Under the pieces are notes generated by a model, which saw only the letters and a list, made by a program, of their open reading frames with translations, had not been told where the DNA came from and did no database searches. The position numbers were made by a program, and so were the translations under genes. DNA of 64,000 nucleotides from a virus: positions 32,001 to 96,000 of IMG/VR virus record IMGVR_UViG_3300023440_000001. One strand, 5' to 3'. Numbering within the stretch: the first letter of the stretch is position 1; every line of letters starts with the position of its first letter. Below, piece by piece: positions 38,134-49,505 of the stretch.

Positions 38134-38529
38134 TGTAGACTGTCAGTCTACACTATCTGGATCCATTCACTCCCCAATAACTGTCTAAAGTTGCTAATAT
38201 CCAAAACACAGGAGGTAACTGGGCATGATTCAAAGTTGGCCATGTCCCTTACTGAACGGCCAATGGATACCGGCCGGTCAATGTGAAGCGTTAACATGCT
38301 CTTTTAAGTGTGAGGTTCGTGATTTAATGAAACCGTTATACGGCAAAGAAGATGTGGATGTCGATATGGCAGATCTTCAGGATGCCTTGATCCATACGAA
38401 GTGTCGAATTGAGTTTGAGTCTAATCTTGCCAGGGGTAATGTCCCGGTTGTTTATACTGAAATAGATCCTGCAAAAAAGACAGACTACAACTATTGATGT
38501 GAAAATCATAATAGAAGGAGTTCAGACAA

Positions 38530-39117
38530 ATGATGAAAACGAGTAATGAGCTTTATCAATGGGAGGTGACTTGCTCTGATTGCGGCAAGTCCCAGACCAG
38601 AACGGTACAGCGTCAGTTGATTCGCTTGAAAGATGATCGATTTACAGTCATGCGAAGTCTGATACAGGAGAAATGTGCGCATTGTGGTCGCCAGATTGAC
38701 TTCGAAAAGAGAATGAATCACATCTACGAAGGTTTCGATATGGAGCTGACCGATGATATAGCAGCTATCAGTGCTGTGTTAATCAGTCAGCTAGAAGAAA
38801 GTGGTTTGGTGGTTCAGGTTGAACCCGTTCAGGCTATGAATATCTTGATACCGACTATAATTGAATGGTTGATTGATGCTACGATGGTAAGTACGAATGC
38901 GATCATTGACGCTGTTCATAGAGCTTCAAATCTGAAGCAGGCTGGTCTGAGCATCTTCATTCCGTCTTTTCAAATGGTATTTAATGTGGATCAGCTGAAT
39001 GAAAAGCAGATGAAACTGCTTATCGATGCATTGGTCGAAGCCCTTGATGTGTATTTCGGTAAACCACTGGCTGATGTTTATGCCGTTAACCGAGAATATC
39101 GGAGTGATGAAGCATGA
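38530..39117 (+). CDS. Zn-ribbon-containing hypothetical protein
   Basis: CSDC...CAHC. Confidence 0.6.
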   Translation: MMKTSNELYQWEVTCSDCGKSQTRTVQRQLIRLKDDRFTVMRSLIQEKCAHCGRQIDFEKRMNHIYEGFDMELTDDIAAISAVLISQLEESGLVVQVEPVQAMNILIPTIIEWLIDATMVSTNAIIDAVHRASNLKQAGLSIFIPSFQMVFNVDQLNEKQMKLLIDALVEALDVYFGKPLADVYAVNREYRSDEA

Positions 39118-39503
39118 TTTCCCTTCCAGGTTATGATGCATGGAAAACCACCCCACCGGACAATCCGGATCCGGTGCCGGCAACGGAATGTTGCTTTCCG
39201 ACCATGTGTTACAACTGTGTGGTGCGTGGTGGTGACTATCGACCAAGTTGGTTCCAGGATGTTGACAGGGAAGATATCCAGGAGCTTGAAGAACTGGGCT
39301 TTGAAGACGCTATTGAATTGTGTGTCGGTTGCAGCGAATGTTCCTGCGATGATTACGAAGAGATTGGTACTGACGAGTATTCAGTTAGTCATTATCATTA
39401 CCATTTAACCAGTTATCGATGTCTGCGTTGCGGAAGGGAATGGACCGAAAGTGATGAACCTGACTGGGACTCCCTTCCGGGTGGAGCAGACTGGATTGAT
39501 TGA
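39114..39503 (+). CDS. Cys-rich acidic protein
   Basis: LPGYDAWKT start, multiple CxxC. Confidence 0.6.
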   Translation: MISLPGYDAWKTTPPDNPDPVPATECCFPTMCYNCVVRGGDYRPSWFQDVDREDIQELEELGFEDAIELCVGCSECSCDDYEEIGTDEYSVSHYHYHLTSYRCLRCGREWTESDEPDWDSLPGGADWID

Positions 39504-39534
39504 TTGCTTTACTTGATGAAAGGAGACTATGTAG

Positions 39535-40803
39535 ATGGGTAAAGTAGAGAGTATTGCCAGCGAAGCTATTGAAACATATAGACAATTCAGACCAGATGAT
39601 GAGCGTTTTCTGACTGTATTACGTGGTACTAATTCGGATCCAGTTCAGAGCTTCAAAGACGAATGGTTGTATTATCGGAATCGGAAACGGAAACCAACCC
39701 GAAGACCCTTTGTGGTTGATATTCAACAATTACACTCCAAGCATATCATGTCAATGGCTGGCGGTATGTTACGTGTAAAACGCTCCAAACGATACAACTT
39801 CGTTGAGAAGACAGGTCTGTTTAAGGTTGAGTTGAGCAACAATGAATTGATTATTGTCTCCCAGTACAACTTTGGTGGCGGAAGAAGCATGGTGTTTGAA
39901 ACACTGATGGTTGCTCCGGAAGAAGTGCTGAGTGAATACTTCTATTGGGTTGAATTGAAGCGTCGTCGTCAGGTTCGATTGAAGAATGGTATCTTTAAAG
40001 TGACTGCTAATCCCTGGGGAGACCTTTTGTATGAGCGCCTAAAGGATCTGGCAACAGTTCCGACTGTTCATCCAGTTGTTGATGAACTCGATAAGGATAT
40101 CGACGCGTTCTTTGGTAACATCAAGAGTTTTACTCGCTATGGTCAGCCAGGTGTACGAAAGATAATGCTTGTTGGTCCGCCCGGAACCGGTAAGACAAGC
40201 ATGTGTATCCGGCTGGCACATAAGTGGTCAGACGATATGCCCGTTGTCTTTGCTACCGATATTGCTGCCGCTGCAAAACATATATACAAGGCGGCCCGGG
40301 AAAGTAAACGCAACATTCTGATCATGGAAGATGCGGACAGCTTTCTGTCAGCTGAAAACGTTAACTCGGCAGTGCTCAACTTTCTGGATGGTGTTGACCA
40401 ACCAGTAAATACGGCAGGTACTTATATTATTATGACCACCAATTATCCCCAAAAGATCGAGCCCCGTATTATTAAGCGACCAGGTCGTATCGATAAACCC
40501 TTTCAAGTTGGTGAGTTAACCGGTCAGTATGCGGTTAAATGTGCACGAATCTATCTGCCAGAAGATGTTGGCATAACTGATGCTGAGTTGGCCAGTATCT
40601 TTAATGGCCATACGGGTGCTGAAATCCGGGAGATCATTCGTTCTAGTATTAGTTATGCGGTAAGCAATAATAAAGAACTGGGACCGGATGTACTCCGACA
40701 TACTCGTAAGATTCTCAAAGAAGATCTAAAAGACATCTACGAGTATGCGCAGGGAGATCTCTTTTCCAGTAAACGTCTGGGATTTCACGCTGATGATGAT
40801 TGA
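39535..40803 (+). CDS. AAA+ ATPase
   Basis: GPPGTGKT, IMEDAD, TTNYP, RPGRID. Confidence 0.92.
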   Translation: MGKVESIASEAIETYRQFRPDDERFLTVLRGTNSDPVQSFKDEWLYYRNRKRKPTRRPFVVDIQQLHSKHIMSMAGGMLRVKRSKRYNFVEKTGLFKVELSNNELIIVSQYNFGGGRSMVFETLMVAPEEVLSEYFYWVELKRRRQVRLKNGIFKVTANPWGDLLYERLKDLATVPTVHPVVDELDKDIDAFFGNIKSFTRYGQPGVRKIMLVGPPGTGKTSMCIRLAHKWSDDMPVVFATDIAAAAKHIYKAARESKRNILIMEDADSFLSAENVNSAVLNFLDGVDQPVNTAGTYIIMTTNYPQKIEPRIIKRPGRIDKPFQVGELTGQYAVKCARIYLPEDVGITDAELASIFNGHTGAEIREIIRSSISYAVSNNKELGPDVLRHTRKILKEDLKDIYEYAQGDLFSSKRLGFHADDD

Positions 40804-41408
40804 TAACGGGGTGTATCATGAAAGTTATAGACTTATCGCAGGCCAGCCCCCGAATGAAGAGACTCTTTGATAGTCTCTTCTCCAGAAGAGACTTTGTAGA
40901 TCGGGATGGAAAGATCTATCCTATCCGGCTGAAAACGTCCCGTGGGAAACCACTCCGCCATTATAAGATTAAAGGTTACACAGTTATTGAGCAGAATCCT
41001 AACACTCATACAGAGTTTGCACAGATGGCGAAAGAAGGATGGCGGATTATGTGGGTTATACCACCTTTATTATCCAGTGAAGACTGGATCTGTGTTATTG
41101 AACGAACCAAACTTAAGGAGGGCATAGATGTCAGAACCCATTCAGACATATGAAGATCCTTTGAATGGCGCCATTAATGAGATTATTAGTGCCATGAGTG
41201 CTCTGCATATGTATCCTAGCCCCAATAAAGGCTTTGACTTCTCCAGTTATCAACAATCCATCTTTCTGTCAGAGATTGATAGCTGGGCAGCACATTCTCT
41301 TGAGCATATGCATATGGCCATTCAGCTGATCAATCAGTATATAATGGAGCAGTATCGTATTCGGCTGAAGGAAAAGATTGATAGAGCCTTAGATATGGAG
41401 GAAGTAGA

Positions 41409-42203
41409 ATGATAGTAATTGGTATTAGTGGTAAAGCAGAGTCCGGAAAGGACACCTTTATGAAGCTGGTTATCGAGAAGTATGAAGAGATAACCGGCAA
41501 TAAGCTGGTATATGAACAAGTTCGTTTTGCTGACAAACTTAAAGAAGCAGCTGCTCTTATATTCGGATTGACATGGAATGAGATGGAGACACCGGAGGGG
41601 AAACGACAGAAGCTTTACCATTTCCCTGTGAGTCCCAATCCCCGTCCCGGTAGCTATCGAGATATATGGGGGTGGATTCGTTACTTCTGGAAACGATTGC
41701 ATGGTGTAAAAGACATTGAACGATATCTTACTCCCAGAGAGATATTGCAGCGCCTGGGAACAGATGTGGCTCGCAATATCTATCCCAACATCTGGGTCTG
41801 GAATGTTATGAAAACACTGGATCATCTGGCGAAGTTTGGTGTCAAAGACGCTCATCAGGTGGAAGGTAAAACGAACCGTCGATATGTAGATGTGGTCTTT
41901 GTTACGGATGTACGCTTTCCAAATGAACTAAAGGCTCTGAAAGAGTCCGGTGCTACAATGGTTCGTCTGGAACGACCCGGCCACGTAATTCCACAACATA
42001 ATCATCCATCGGAAACCGCTCTGGATAAGTACCTGGATCAGTTCAACTATGTATTTGCCTGCCGTGATATAGAAGAGCTGTCTGATGCGGCTCATCGTTT
42101 TGCTCTGCAATTGGCCTCGGAACTGGATATAATTGTTGGTCTTGATATGCTCGGCTTTGATCTTGACAGTATTGTGACAGATAGAAGTCTATCTTCATTT
42201 TAA
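41409..42203 (+). CDS. Deoxynucleoside monophosphate kinase
   Basis: GISGKAESGKDT, FADKLK, PREILQRLGTD, TDVRFPNE, HPSE. Confidence 0.92.
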   Translation: MIVIGISGKAESGKDTFMKLVIEKYEEITGNKLVYEQVRFADKLKEAAALIFGLTWNEMETPEGKRQKLYHFPVSPNPRPGSYRDIWGWIRYFWKRLHGVKDIERYLTPREILQRLGTDVARNIYPNIWVWNVMKTLDHLAKFGVKDAHQVEGKTNRRYVDVVFVTDVRFPNELKALKESGATMVRLERPGHVIPQHNHPSETALDKYLDQFNYVFACRDIEELSDAAHRFALQLASELDIIVGLDMLGFDLDSIVTDRSLSSF

Positions 42204-42213
42204 GATAACAGGA

Positions 42214-43929
42214 GTGTGGAAAATGAGAACCCTAACTGATGAAGATAAACAGCAAATGTGGGACCAGTTTGAAAGGTCTCTGAAGACAACGACCCGGTTA
42301 GGTATTAACTCAGATATTCCGCGAGTCTTTAGTCTATTCTCCAATCATCGACCAGAACTGGTGGATACAAGGCTGCTGCCATTTGAAGTCAACAATTGTG
42401 TTATCACAAGTAATATCAACTGGGATGCATCACATAAGGTCTTTTGGCTGCCACTATTTACACTTAAGGATGCTTGTTTGTCCGGATTCATTTATGAGTT
42501 TGAATACCCGCTGAGTGTTGTCTTCCTGTTCGAGTCTGGTCCCGATGGAGAGTGGAAGTTTATTGACAACTATGACTTTGATGGCGTACTGAGTAATAAA
42601 GAGATCGCCAGTGATATTGCGTCAATTGTACAGTATAGGTGTGAGTCAAATACAGGTTCAGTGCAGTTGCATAAGGCTTTTGATAATATGGTCTCCAGAT
42701 ATCTGAAGGTGTATATAGAGCCATATGTGGTTGAAGCTATAAGAAACAAGATGGGCCGCAGCATAGCTAGATCATGTCGAAAGTTAATAATGAAGACCCT
42801 GATGAACTATCGCAATTACTGGGGATATCGTGAGCTATTTCATCAACATGAAGCTCGATGGAAGGCAAATCCCAGACTATACCGAGAGCTCTATAGTTGT
42901 TTGATTGGTATTGCTCCAACCGCCTTTGAACAGATTGCACAAAGTGGTCCTTCTTTCTATGCCTTCTATTTAGCTTACGATGTTATATGCGGATACGTTA
43001 AGAAGAGCCCATCGCCGCGATGGTGGAGAGTTCTCTCCAGACGTATAAAGTCTACTGACTATAAGTATCTACTTTCTAATCGTGCTTCATTGGGAAGTAT
43101 TTATGTGTGTGAGGGGAATGGATATTATGAACTGATATCCGATAAGAAGCTGAAAGACATCCTGAATGTTAGTGCTTCTGATCGTTATCGAATGACGTTT
43201 GTTCTTTATCGTACCTTACATGACTATTCTCTATTGAAAAGAGTAACCCTGAAGGAAGAATCACTGGCGAGAGTGTCTCGATATGCTCGCTCACTATTTC
43301 GTATTCGCGCTCGTTACTATAGAGTCTGGGAATATGTTGATCATTACTTGAGAGACACTCAGTCTATTGTTCAGTCTTTAATTGATAGCAAGGGAAGTGT
43401 TACTGCTGACAAAGATGTTCATGTTCTGATTAAGGAGGTATTGCAGTTATTTGGTGAGTTGATAGCTTCATCGTCCTTACTGACTCGTCTACGTCTGGCA
43501 GCACGAATACATCATATTCATCGTGAGATACAGCTGAAAACTAACCCAGTACCGGAACGTCCTATGTTCCCATTGATTCCAGCCCTGGAGTCTCTACGGG
43601 AGTACTGGTTACCCACTACAACTCATCTGGTTGAACGTGGCATGGATTATAATCACTGTCTGGCAACGTTTATAGATACAGCCGATAAACCCTACTGGTA
43701 TTTTGATTATAAGACCGCAGTCGCTCAGGTGGAATATGATGAGAAAACCGAGAAGCTGGTTCTTGTTCAATGCCATGGCCCCGGTAATAGAGAGACCCAC
43801 GAATCAAGAAAGCTGTCTCAAATGATTCGTAGTCTGATTCGTCGAGCAGGTAAAGTAACTGACCAGATTATCGAAGCAAGCGAGTGTCTCAATGATAGTA
43901 ATGATATTCAATTAAAGAAGGTTGGATAA
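42214..43929 (+). CDS. PcfJ-like domain protein
   Basis: C-term LVERGMDYNHCLATF...VQCHGPGN. Confidence 0.6.
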   Translation: MWKMRTLTDEDKQQMWDQFERSLKTTTRLGINSDIPRVFSLFSNHRPELVDTRLLPFEVNNCVITSNINWDASHKVFWLPLFTLKDACLSGFIYEFEYPLSVVFLFESGPDGEWKFIDNYDFDGVLSNKEIASDIASIVQYRCESNTGSVQLHKAFDNMVSRYLKVYIEPYVVEAIRNKMGRSIARSCRKLIMKTLMNYRNYWGYRELFHQHEARWKANPRLYRELYSCLIGIAPTAFEQIAQSGPSFYAFYLAYDVICGYVKKSPSPRWWRVLSRRIKSTDYKYLLSNRASLGSIYVCEGNGYYELISDKKLKDILNVSASDRYRMTFVLYRTLHDYSLLKRVTLKEESLARVSRYARSLFRIRARYYRVWEYVDHYLRDTQSIVQSLIDSKGSVTADKDVHVLIKEVLQLFGELIASSSLLTRLRLAARIHHIHREIQLKTNPVPERPMFPLIPALESLREYWLPTTTHLVERGMDYNHCLATFIDTADKPYWYFDYKTAVAQVEYDEKTEKLVLVQCHGPGNRETHESRKLSQMIRSLIRRAGKVTDQIIEASECLNDSNDIQLKKVG

Positions 43930-43948
43930 GTCCAACGGAGGGTAAGAG

Positions 43949-45067
43949 ATGTTAAAGGTTCAAGAGTTCTTGAGTGAAAACAGTCTGGATGACTTAAAGG
44001 AACGTTATGCGATCAAGATTAAACGTCATCCCTACTTCCAGAATCTGGTTCACTTTTCTTATGATATGCTGAATTCGCCCCTGGGTGAACCCATTGTTCA
44101 GGAATGTCGTGGTCTGATTCTTGATCAGGATGATAACTGGAAGGTAGTGGCATTTCCATATAGGAAGTTCTTCAATTATGGTGAACCACATGCCGCTCAG
44201 ATTGACTGGAACAGTGCCCAGGTATTTGAGAAACTGGATGGTACGCTGATCATACTGTATAAGTACGATGGTGTATGGCATGTGGCAACCACTGGCACAC
44301 CTGACGCAGGTACCAATGTAAACGGATTTGGCTTCAGCTTTAGTGATCTGTTCTGGAGAGTATGGGATGGGTATCGATACCCGCTTCCGGAAGGAATGGA
44401 TGATTATACGTTCATGTTTGAGTTGATGACACCCTATAATCAGGTTGTAGTTCGTCAAAATGGAAATCGTATTGTTCTACATGGAATGCGAAATAACCAT
44501 ACCCTGGAAGAAGAGAATCCCCGTCTGGCAGCGGCACTATTCAGATATGAATGTGTTCGCTCGTTCGACTTCCATTCCATAGATGAAGTTGTTGCCGCTG
44601 CGGAAGAACTGGACTTTCAGAAGCAGGAAGGCTTTGTGATAGTCGATGCCTATTATAATCGCTTGAAGGTGAAGAACCCCAAGTATGTCTTCTATCATCA
44701 CATCAAGTCCAGTTTCTCTATAAAGAAGGCTGTGGACATTATCCGTAAGGGTGAGTCAGCGGAGTTCATTTCCTACTTTCCGGAGCTGGCGGAAATGGTG
44801 CATCGAATTGAGCAACGCTATGATGAACTAGTTCATCGAGCTAACGGCCTTTATGAGCTCTATAAAGACATTGAATCCGACAAAGAGTTTGCCCGGTATG
44901 CTCTACAACATGATGTTGCTCACGTTCTGTTTGCACTTCGACATGGTAAGGCGCGCTCCCCTCAAGAGTTCTTAAAACACGTTCATATGGATGCTATTAT
45001 GCGCCTTCTTCAGGTCCAGGACCTCGAAAGTCAACTGCTTAATTTAAACACGGAGGATCTATCTTGA
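43949..45067 (+). CDS. rnlA: T4 Rnl1-like RNA ligase
   Basis: ECRGLI, KFFN, EKLDG, FEL, EGFV, KVK. Confidence 0.92.
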   Translation: MLKVQEFLSENSLDDLKERYAIKIKRHPYFQNLVHFSYDMLNSPLGEPIVQECRGLILDQDDNWKVVAFPYRKFFNYGEPHAAQIDWNSAQVFEKLDGTLIILYKYDGVWHVATTGTPDAGTNVNGFGFSFSDLFWRVWDGYRYPLPEGMDDYTFMFELMTPYNQVVVRQNGNRIVLHGMRNNHTLEEENPRLAAALFRYECVRSFDFHSIDEVVAAAEELDFQKQEGFVIVDAYYNRLKVKNPKYVFYHHIKSSFSIKKAVDIIRKGESAEFISYFPELAEMVHRIEQRYDELVHRANGLYELYKDIESDKEFARYALQHDVAHVLFALRHGKARSPQEFLKHVHMDAIMRLLQVQDLESQLLNLNTEDLS

Positions 45068-45939
45068 ATCTGTCCAAAGTCATTCTCATGCTAAAAGGTT
45101 TACCAGCATCTGGTAAATCTACCTGGGCTAAAGAGCAAATAGATGAGCATCCCGGTCGATTCAAACGGGTCAACAAAGATGATCTGCGGGCAATGCTGGA
45201 TAACTCCCGCTGGTCAAGGGCTAATGAGAAGTTCGTTCTGAAGGTGCGCGACTTTATCGTCTCTCAGGCGTTGGAAGATGGATATTCGGTTATTGTTGAC
45301 GATACCAATCTCCATCCCAGACATGAGATCCGCCTGAAGGAGATTGCTCGTGAAAAGAAGGCTGATTTCGAAGTCAAGGAGTTTACGGATGTTCCTATTG
45401 AAGAGTGTATCAAGCGAGATCTGAAACGTCCTAACTCGGTTGGTCCGGATGTCATTCGACAAATGGCTCGACAGTTCAACTTGTTACAAAAGCGACCGGT
45501 ACCGGAGCATATCCCGGATCTTCCTACGGCAATAATCTGTGATCTGGACGGAACACTGGCTCTACTAAATGGTCGCAATCCTTATGACGCTTCTGACTGT
45601 GTGAACGACCTGTTAAACAGGCCAGTGGCTCAGCTGCTTAAAACCATTTGCAGAAGCCGTCCGGAAGTAAAGATCCTTCTGGTTTCAGGTCGTGAACAGA
45701 AGTATATGCATCAGACCTGGGACTGGTTAGAAAAGCATGATATTCCCTATGATTACTTGTTCATGCGTTGTACGGGTGATACTCGTAAGGACGCGATCAT
45801 TAAACGAGAGATCTATGATTACTATATACGGAATCAGTTTAATGTCTGGTTTGTACTGGATGATCGCCGTCAAGTAGTTGAGATGTGGCGCGACGAACTG
45901 GGTCTCCCGGTCTTTCAGGTAGACTGGGGTGAGTTCTAA
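45064..45939 (+). CDS. pseT: Polynucleotide 5'-kinase/3'-phosphatase
   Basis: GLPASGKST kinase + DLDGT HAD phosphatase, DDR. Confidence 0.93.
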   Translation: MNLSKVILMLKGLPASGKSTWAKEQIDEHPGRFKRVNKDDLRAMLDNSRWSRANEKFVLKVRDFIVSQALEDGYSVIVDDTNLHPRHEIRLKEIAREKKADFEVKEFTDVPIEECIKRDLKRPNSVGPDVIRQMARQFNLLQKRPVPEHIPDLPTAIICDLDGTLALLNGRNPYDASDCVNDLLNRPVAQLLKTICRSRPEVKILLVSGREQKYMHQTWDWLEKHDIPYDYLFMRCTGDTRKDAIIKREIYDYYIRNQFNVWFVLDDRRQVVEMWRDELGLPVFQVDWGEF

Positions 45940-46293
45940 CTCATTATACAGAAGTAATGATTTGGAGGATTGTGTTGAAGAAAGGGTATACGTTGATTCA
46001 GTGGATCCGAAAGAGATATCATAATACTAGAGGAGGAATGTTGTATGAAAGCTATACTGGAGTTTGATCTACCAGATGATCAGGATCAATTTAATGTAGC
46101 CAGTCGAGCTATGAATTGGGCTCTGGTGGTATGGGCGCTAGATGGCTACCTGCGAGATCGTATTAAGTATACGGAACTACCAGAAATAGTATTAGATGCT
46201 CTCGAAGATGTTCGTGATCACTTATTTGATCTAATGAGTGACTATGGTGTTACCTTTGATGACTTTCATTGATGACTATAGGAGTAAACTGCT

Positions 46294-47010
46294 ATGTATT
46301 CTATTGTCAATGGAACATATTGTTATATCTGTCAAAAGGACTTCACCGAACATGTTATATCTCTGGGTCCGGACTTCATGGGATTCCATGAAATGATGCA
46401 TATGAAGCACATGGCCCGGATTCTGTATCGGCTGGATCGGTTAAATAGAGATATTGCAGAATGTGCTAATTGCTCACTGTGCAAAGATCGGAACTCGGTT
46501 GTTCCTGGTTCCGGCAATATCTACCGTCCAGACATTATGTTCATCGGTGAAGCGCCCGGTCAGGATGAAGATGAAACCGGCATCCCCTTTGTCGGTCGGG
46601 CCGGTAAGCTGCTGACTAAGATGATCAGGGCACTGGGTTATGAACGACACGAAGTGTTTATTACTAACGTCGTTAAATGTCGCCCGCCTAATAACAGGGA
46701 TCCTCGACCGGAAGAGCGGCTCAGCTGCTCAATATTCCTGGAGACGCAGATATCCCTCATTCAGCCATATGTAATTGTCACTCTGGGATTGCCGGCGGCA
46801 AAGGCCATTATTGGACTGCCGGAAGAGACCCGGATGGGTGACGTACGTGGTAAGCTATATGACTATGCAGAAACGCCGGTTATTCCTACTTATCACCCGG
46901 CATATCTACTGCGTAACCCTGGTGCAAAGAAGACTGTCTGGAATGATCTACAGACAGCTATGGAACAGATTAAGATTGCCAAAGGAGAATCCAATGGAAG
47001 CAACTATTAA
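46294..47010 (+). CDS. Uracil-DNA glycosylase family 4
   Basis: GEAPG, PFVG, NVVKCRPPNNR, TYHPA; Fe-S cysteines. Confidence 0.93.
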   Translation: MYSIVNGTYCYICQKDFTEHVISLGPDFMGFHEMMHMKHMARILYRLDRLNRDIAECANCSLCKDRNSVVPGSGNIYRPDIMFIGEAPGQDEDETGIPFVGRAGKLLTKMIRALGYERHEVFITNVVKCRPPNNRDPRPEERLSCSIFLETQISLIQPYVIVTLGLPAAKAIIGLPEETRMGDVRGKLYDYAETPVIPTYHPAYLLRNPGAKKTVWNDLQTAMEQIKIAKGESNGSNY

Positions 47011-47654
47011 GATCAATCTGAACCTGGTTCAGTGTGAATCACTGGAACAGGCCAGAGCGCTGATAAATGAGTTTGTACGGGTTATTAGTGATGTTGAAGT
47101 TCACTCTGTTAAGGATGGTGTGTTAAGCATGTACGGAGCGGAACTTGTCGAAGTCTCGGATAAGCTGGATGTTCTGTTAAATAACGACATGTCCGAAGTG
47201 TATAAAGATGCATTAATTCGTATACACGATCTGGCTCTGGGTTATGATGGTGCGACAACAAAGGAAGCACTGGAGCATCTGATTGATGAACTGCGTATGT
47301 TATCGATTCTGGCCTATAACGAAGTCGATCTGCGAGTTTTGTTTCATAGCTTGACCGAGGATGAACGCAAGGAGTTTAATCGGCTTTATGAACATGCTAA
47401 ACGGGTAGGCAGAATAGAGTCAGTTGATGACTATTACTATTTATTAACCTGGTTTGTCAAGCAGAAGCGTCCTAATCTGTGGATCCGTCCCTATCTATTA
47501 GAAGTATTGGAACGAGATTATGGCGACCTGATTAATGAAGCTTTCTTGCAGGAGGATCAAGTATGAAGACATTAAGTATATCCGTTTCCATCTAAACGGA
47601 TCGAAGCAGTGCTTGAAAAGGTTGAAGAGCGATTTAGTGAATAAATAAGGAGAT

Positions 47655-48224
47655 ATGTATATGAGCTATAAATGGATCGTCGTTGAAAAGATGCGCCGTG
47701 GTGCCAAACAGCTGATAGATGAAGTATTTGAGACCCGCGGGGATGCAGAGCTTGCCCTGCGTAACCTGAAGGATCCGTCAAAAGCCCGTATTAAACGGAT
47801 TACCGATTCAGCTGAAGCCGGTGATGCTACTACATATAATGATATAGACGCTGCTGGCGCAGTTAGGTCTATTGGCAGAACCCCGGCTTGTAATAACTGC
47901 TGGTGGAATCTGTTGATTCAATTCCCCAGGGATGATGGCAATCACCAGGCAGCTTTGATTGCCTGCGAATACTGTACTAAGGAAACTCCACGTGGTAGGG
48001 GTAAGAAACGACTGCCGGCATTCAGCAATTTCAACCCGATTACCAACCTTCGCATCTACAAATGGACGGTTGAAGTTCTTCAGGCAATCCAAGAGAAGGT
48101 TACCGGGAAGCGCAAAACGTATATTCCCAAATCAACACCTAAACCCAGTAAAGTATCCAGCGATGATAGCCTTCTGCTGGATGTCTTTGAGAAGAGTAAG
48201 GAAGAGTTAATCAAAGAACTGTGA
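47655..48224 (+). CDS. Hypothetical protein with CxxC pairs
   Basis: AAGGAG RBS; CNNC, CEYC. Confidence 0.55.
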   Translation: MYMSYKWIVVEKMRRGAKQLIDEVFETRGDAELALRNLKDPSKARIKRITDSAEAGDATTYNDIDAAGAVRSIGRTPACNNCWWNLLIQFPRDDGNHQAALIACEYCTKETPRGRGKKRLPAFSNFNPITNLRIYKWTVEVLQAIQEKVTGKRKTYIPKSTPKPSKVSSDDSLLLDVFEKSKEELIKEL

Positions 48225-48232
48225 GGTCTTAT

Positions 48233-48886
48233 ATGAACAGCCCGCTTGTTTATATCATTCATCCTGTTACTAACGTTACACCGGAGAAACGCGCCCGTGC
48301 CCTGGAGCTGGCCACTCTACTGGAAGAAGTTGGCGCTCAGGTGTACCTGCCGGGTAGAGATACCGATCAGGGGCAGGCTCCGGCTGATATTGTTAAAGCC
48401 AATCTGGGTGCCATTCTGGGAGCCAGCATGATCTTTGTCATCTTTGATGAACACTCCAAGGGTGGCTTCTTCGACCTGGGTGCCGCCATGCTAACCCGGA
48501 CACCTATCTATGGAATTGCCAGTGATCGGAAATGGGATGGTCAGGACTTTTACCGTCAGCTGGTTAATCATATGTTTGCCAGTATGGATGAGTTAAAGGC
48601 TACTCTAAAAGATGAGAACAGTGAGATACGACAAAGACTGCAACGATATATGAGTGATAACTCCAACCTGTCGGTCTTTGACTATTATGAGTTTATGGAT
48701 CGTCTTTCCCTTCTGATTGATCGAGTGGACGATGATCTGCTCTGTCATCAGGTGTGTGTATATCATTCGTCATTGGCACAGTTGCTCAACTTTCAGTTGC
48801 AGCTAATGGAGATATCCTATCAGCGTGCCGGACATTTGTTTAGTGAAGCCTACAGGAGAATGAAAGATGAAAGAAGTAAAGGGTGA
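48233..48886 (+). CDS. Second nucleoside deoxyribosyltransferase-like protein
   Basis: VYIIHP, VYLPGRDT, SKGGFFDLGAA. Confidence 0.6.
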   Translation: MNSPLVYIIHPVTNVTPEKRARALELATLLEEVGAQVYLPGRDTDQGQAPADIVKANLGAILGASMIFVIFDEHSKGGFFDLGAAMLTRTPIYGIASDRKWDGQDFYRQLVNHMFASMDELKATLKDENSEIRQRLQRYMSDNSNLSVFDYYEFMDRLSLLIDRVDDDLLCHQVCVYHSSLAQLLNFQLQLMEISYQRAGHLFSEAYRRMKDERSKG

Positions 48887-49298
48887 TATCTGGAAACGAT
48901 CCGGAGATGTGCGCGTTATTACCACCAATGGTTATGTTAAGCGTAACGGTGAAGCTGTTATGGGTCGCGGTGTTGCATTGCAAGCGGCCCGAAGATACCA
49001 GTGGTTACCAAAGGCACTGGGTGAGAAGCTGCTAGAAGAAGGTAACCATGTCCATCTATTTAATACTCCCCATGGCGCTCTGGTTACCTATCCGGTTAAG
49101 TATAACTGGTGGCAAGCAGCTGATCCGGAACTAATTGAACGATCAGCAAAAGAGTTGATTGTACTTACCAATGAACAGGGATGGCAACAGGTATTAATGG
49201 TCCGTCCAGGCTGCGGTAATGGGCAGCTGACCTGGGATGTAGTTAAACCCATCCTTGTTCCCCTTCTGGATGACCGCTTTATCATAGTCGAAAGGTAA
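48867..49298 (+). CDS. Macro domain (ADP-ribose processing)
   Basis: GDIW, ITTN, MGRGVA, RPGCGNGQLTW. Confidence 0.88.
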   Translation: MKEVKGDIWKRSGDVRVITTNGYVKRNGEAVMGRGVALQAARRYQWLPKALGEKLLEEGNHVHLFNTPHGALVTYPVKYNWWQAADPELIERSAKELIVLTNEQGWQQVLMVRPGCGNGQLTWDVVKPILVPLLDDRFIIVER

Positions 49299-49505
49299 GG
49301 GTTATGAGTCTACCACAATGGCTAAAGGATAAGGTTCACATCAAAGTTGATAATAATGATCAGATTTCACTCGATGAACTCAAAAGCTTTGTCGAACGGG
49401 TTCAACGTTGTACCGTCTACCGGCGGGATCAGGATAGTATTATCGCCCATGCTATCCGTCAGCTGGTAGGTGATAATACAATTAACAATTAAGTGATATG
49501 GAGGA

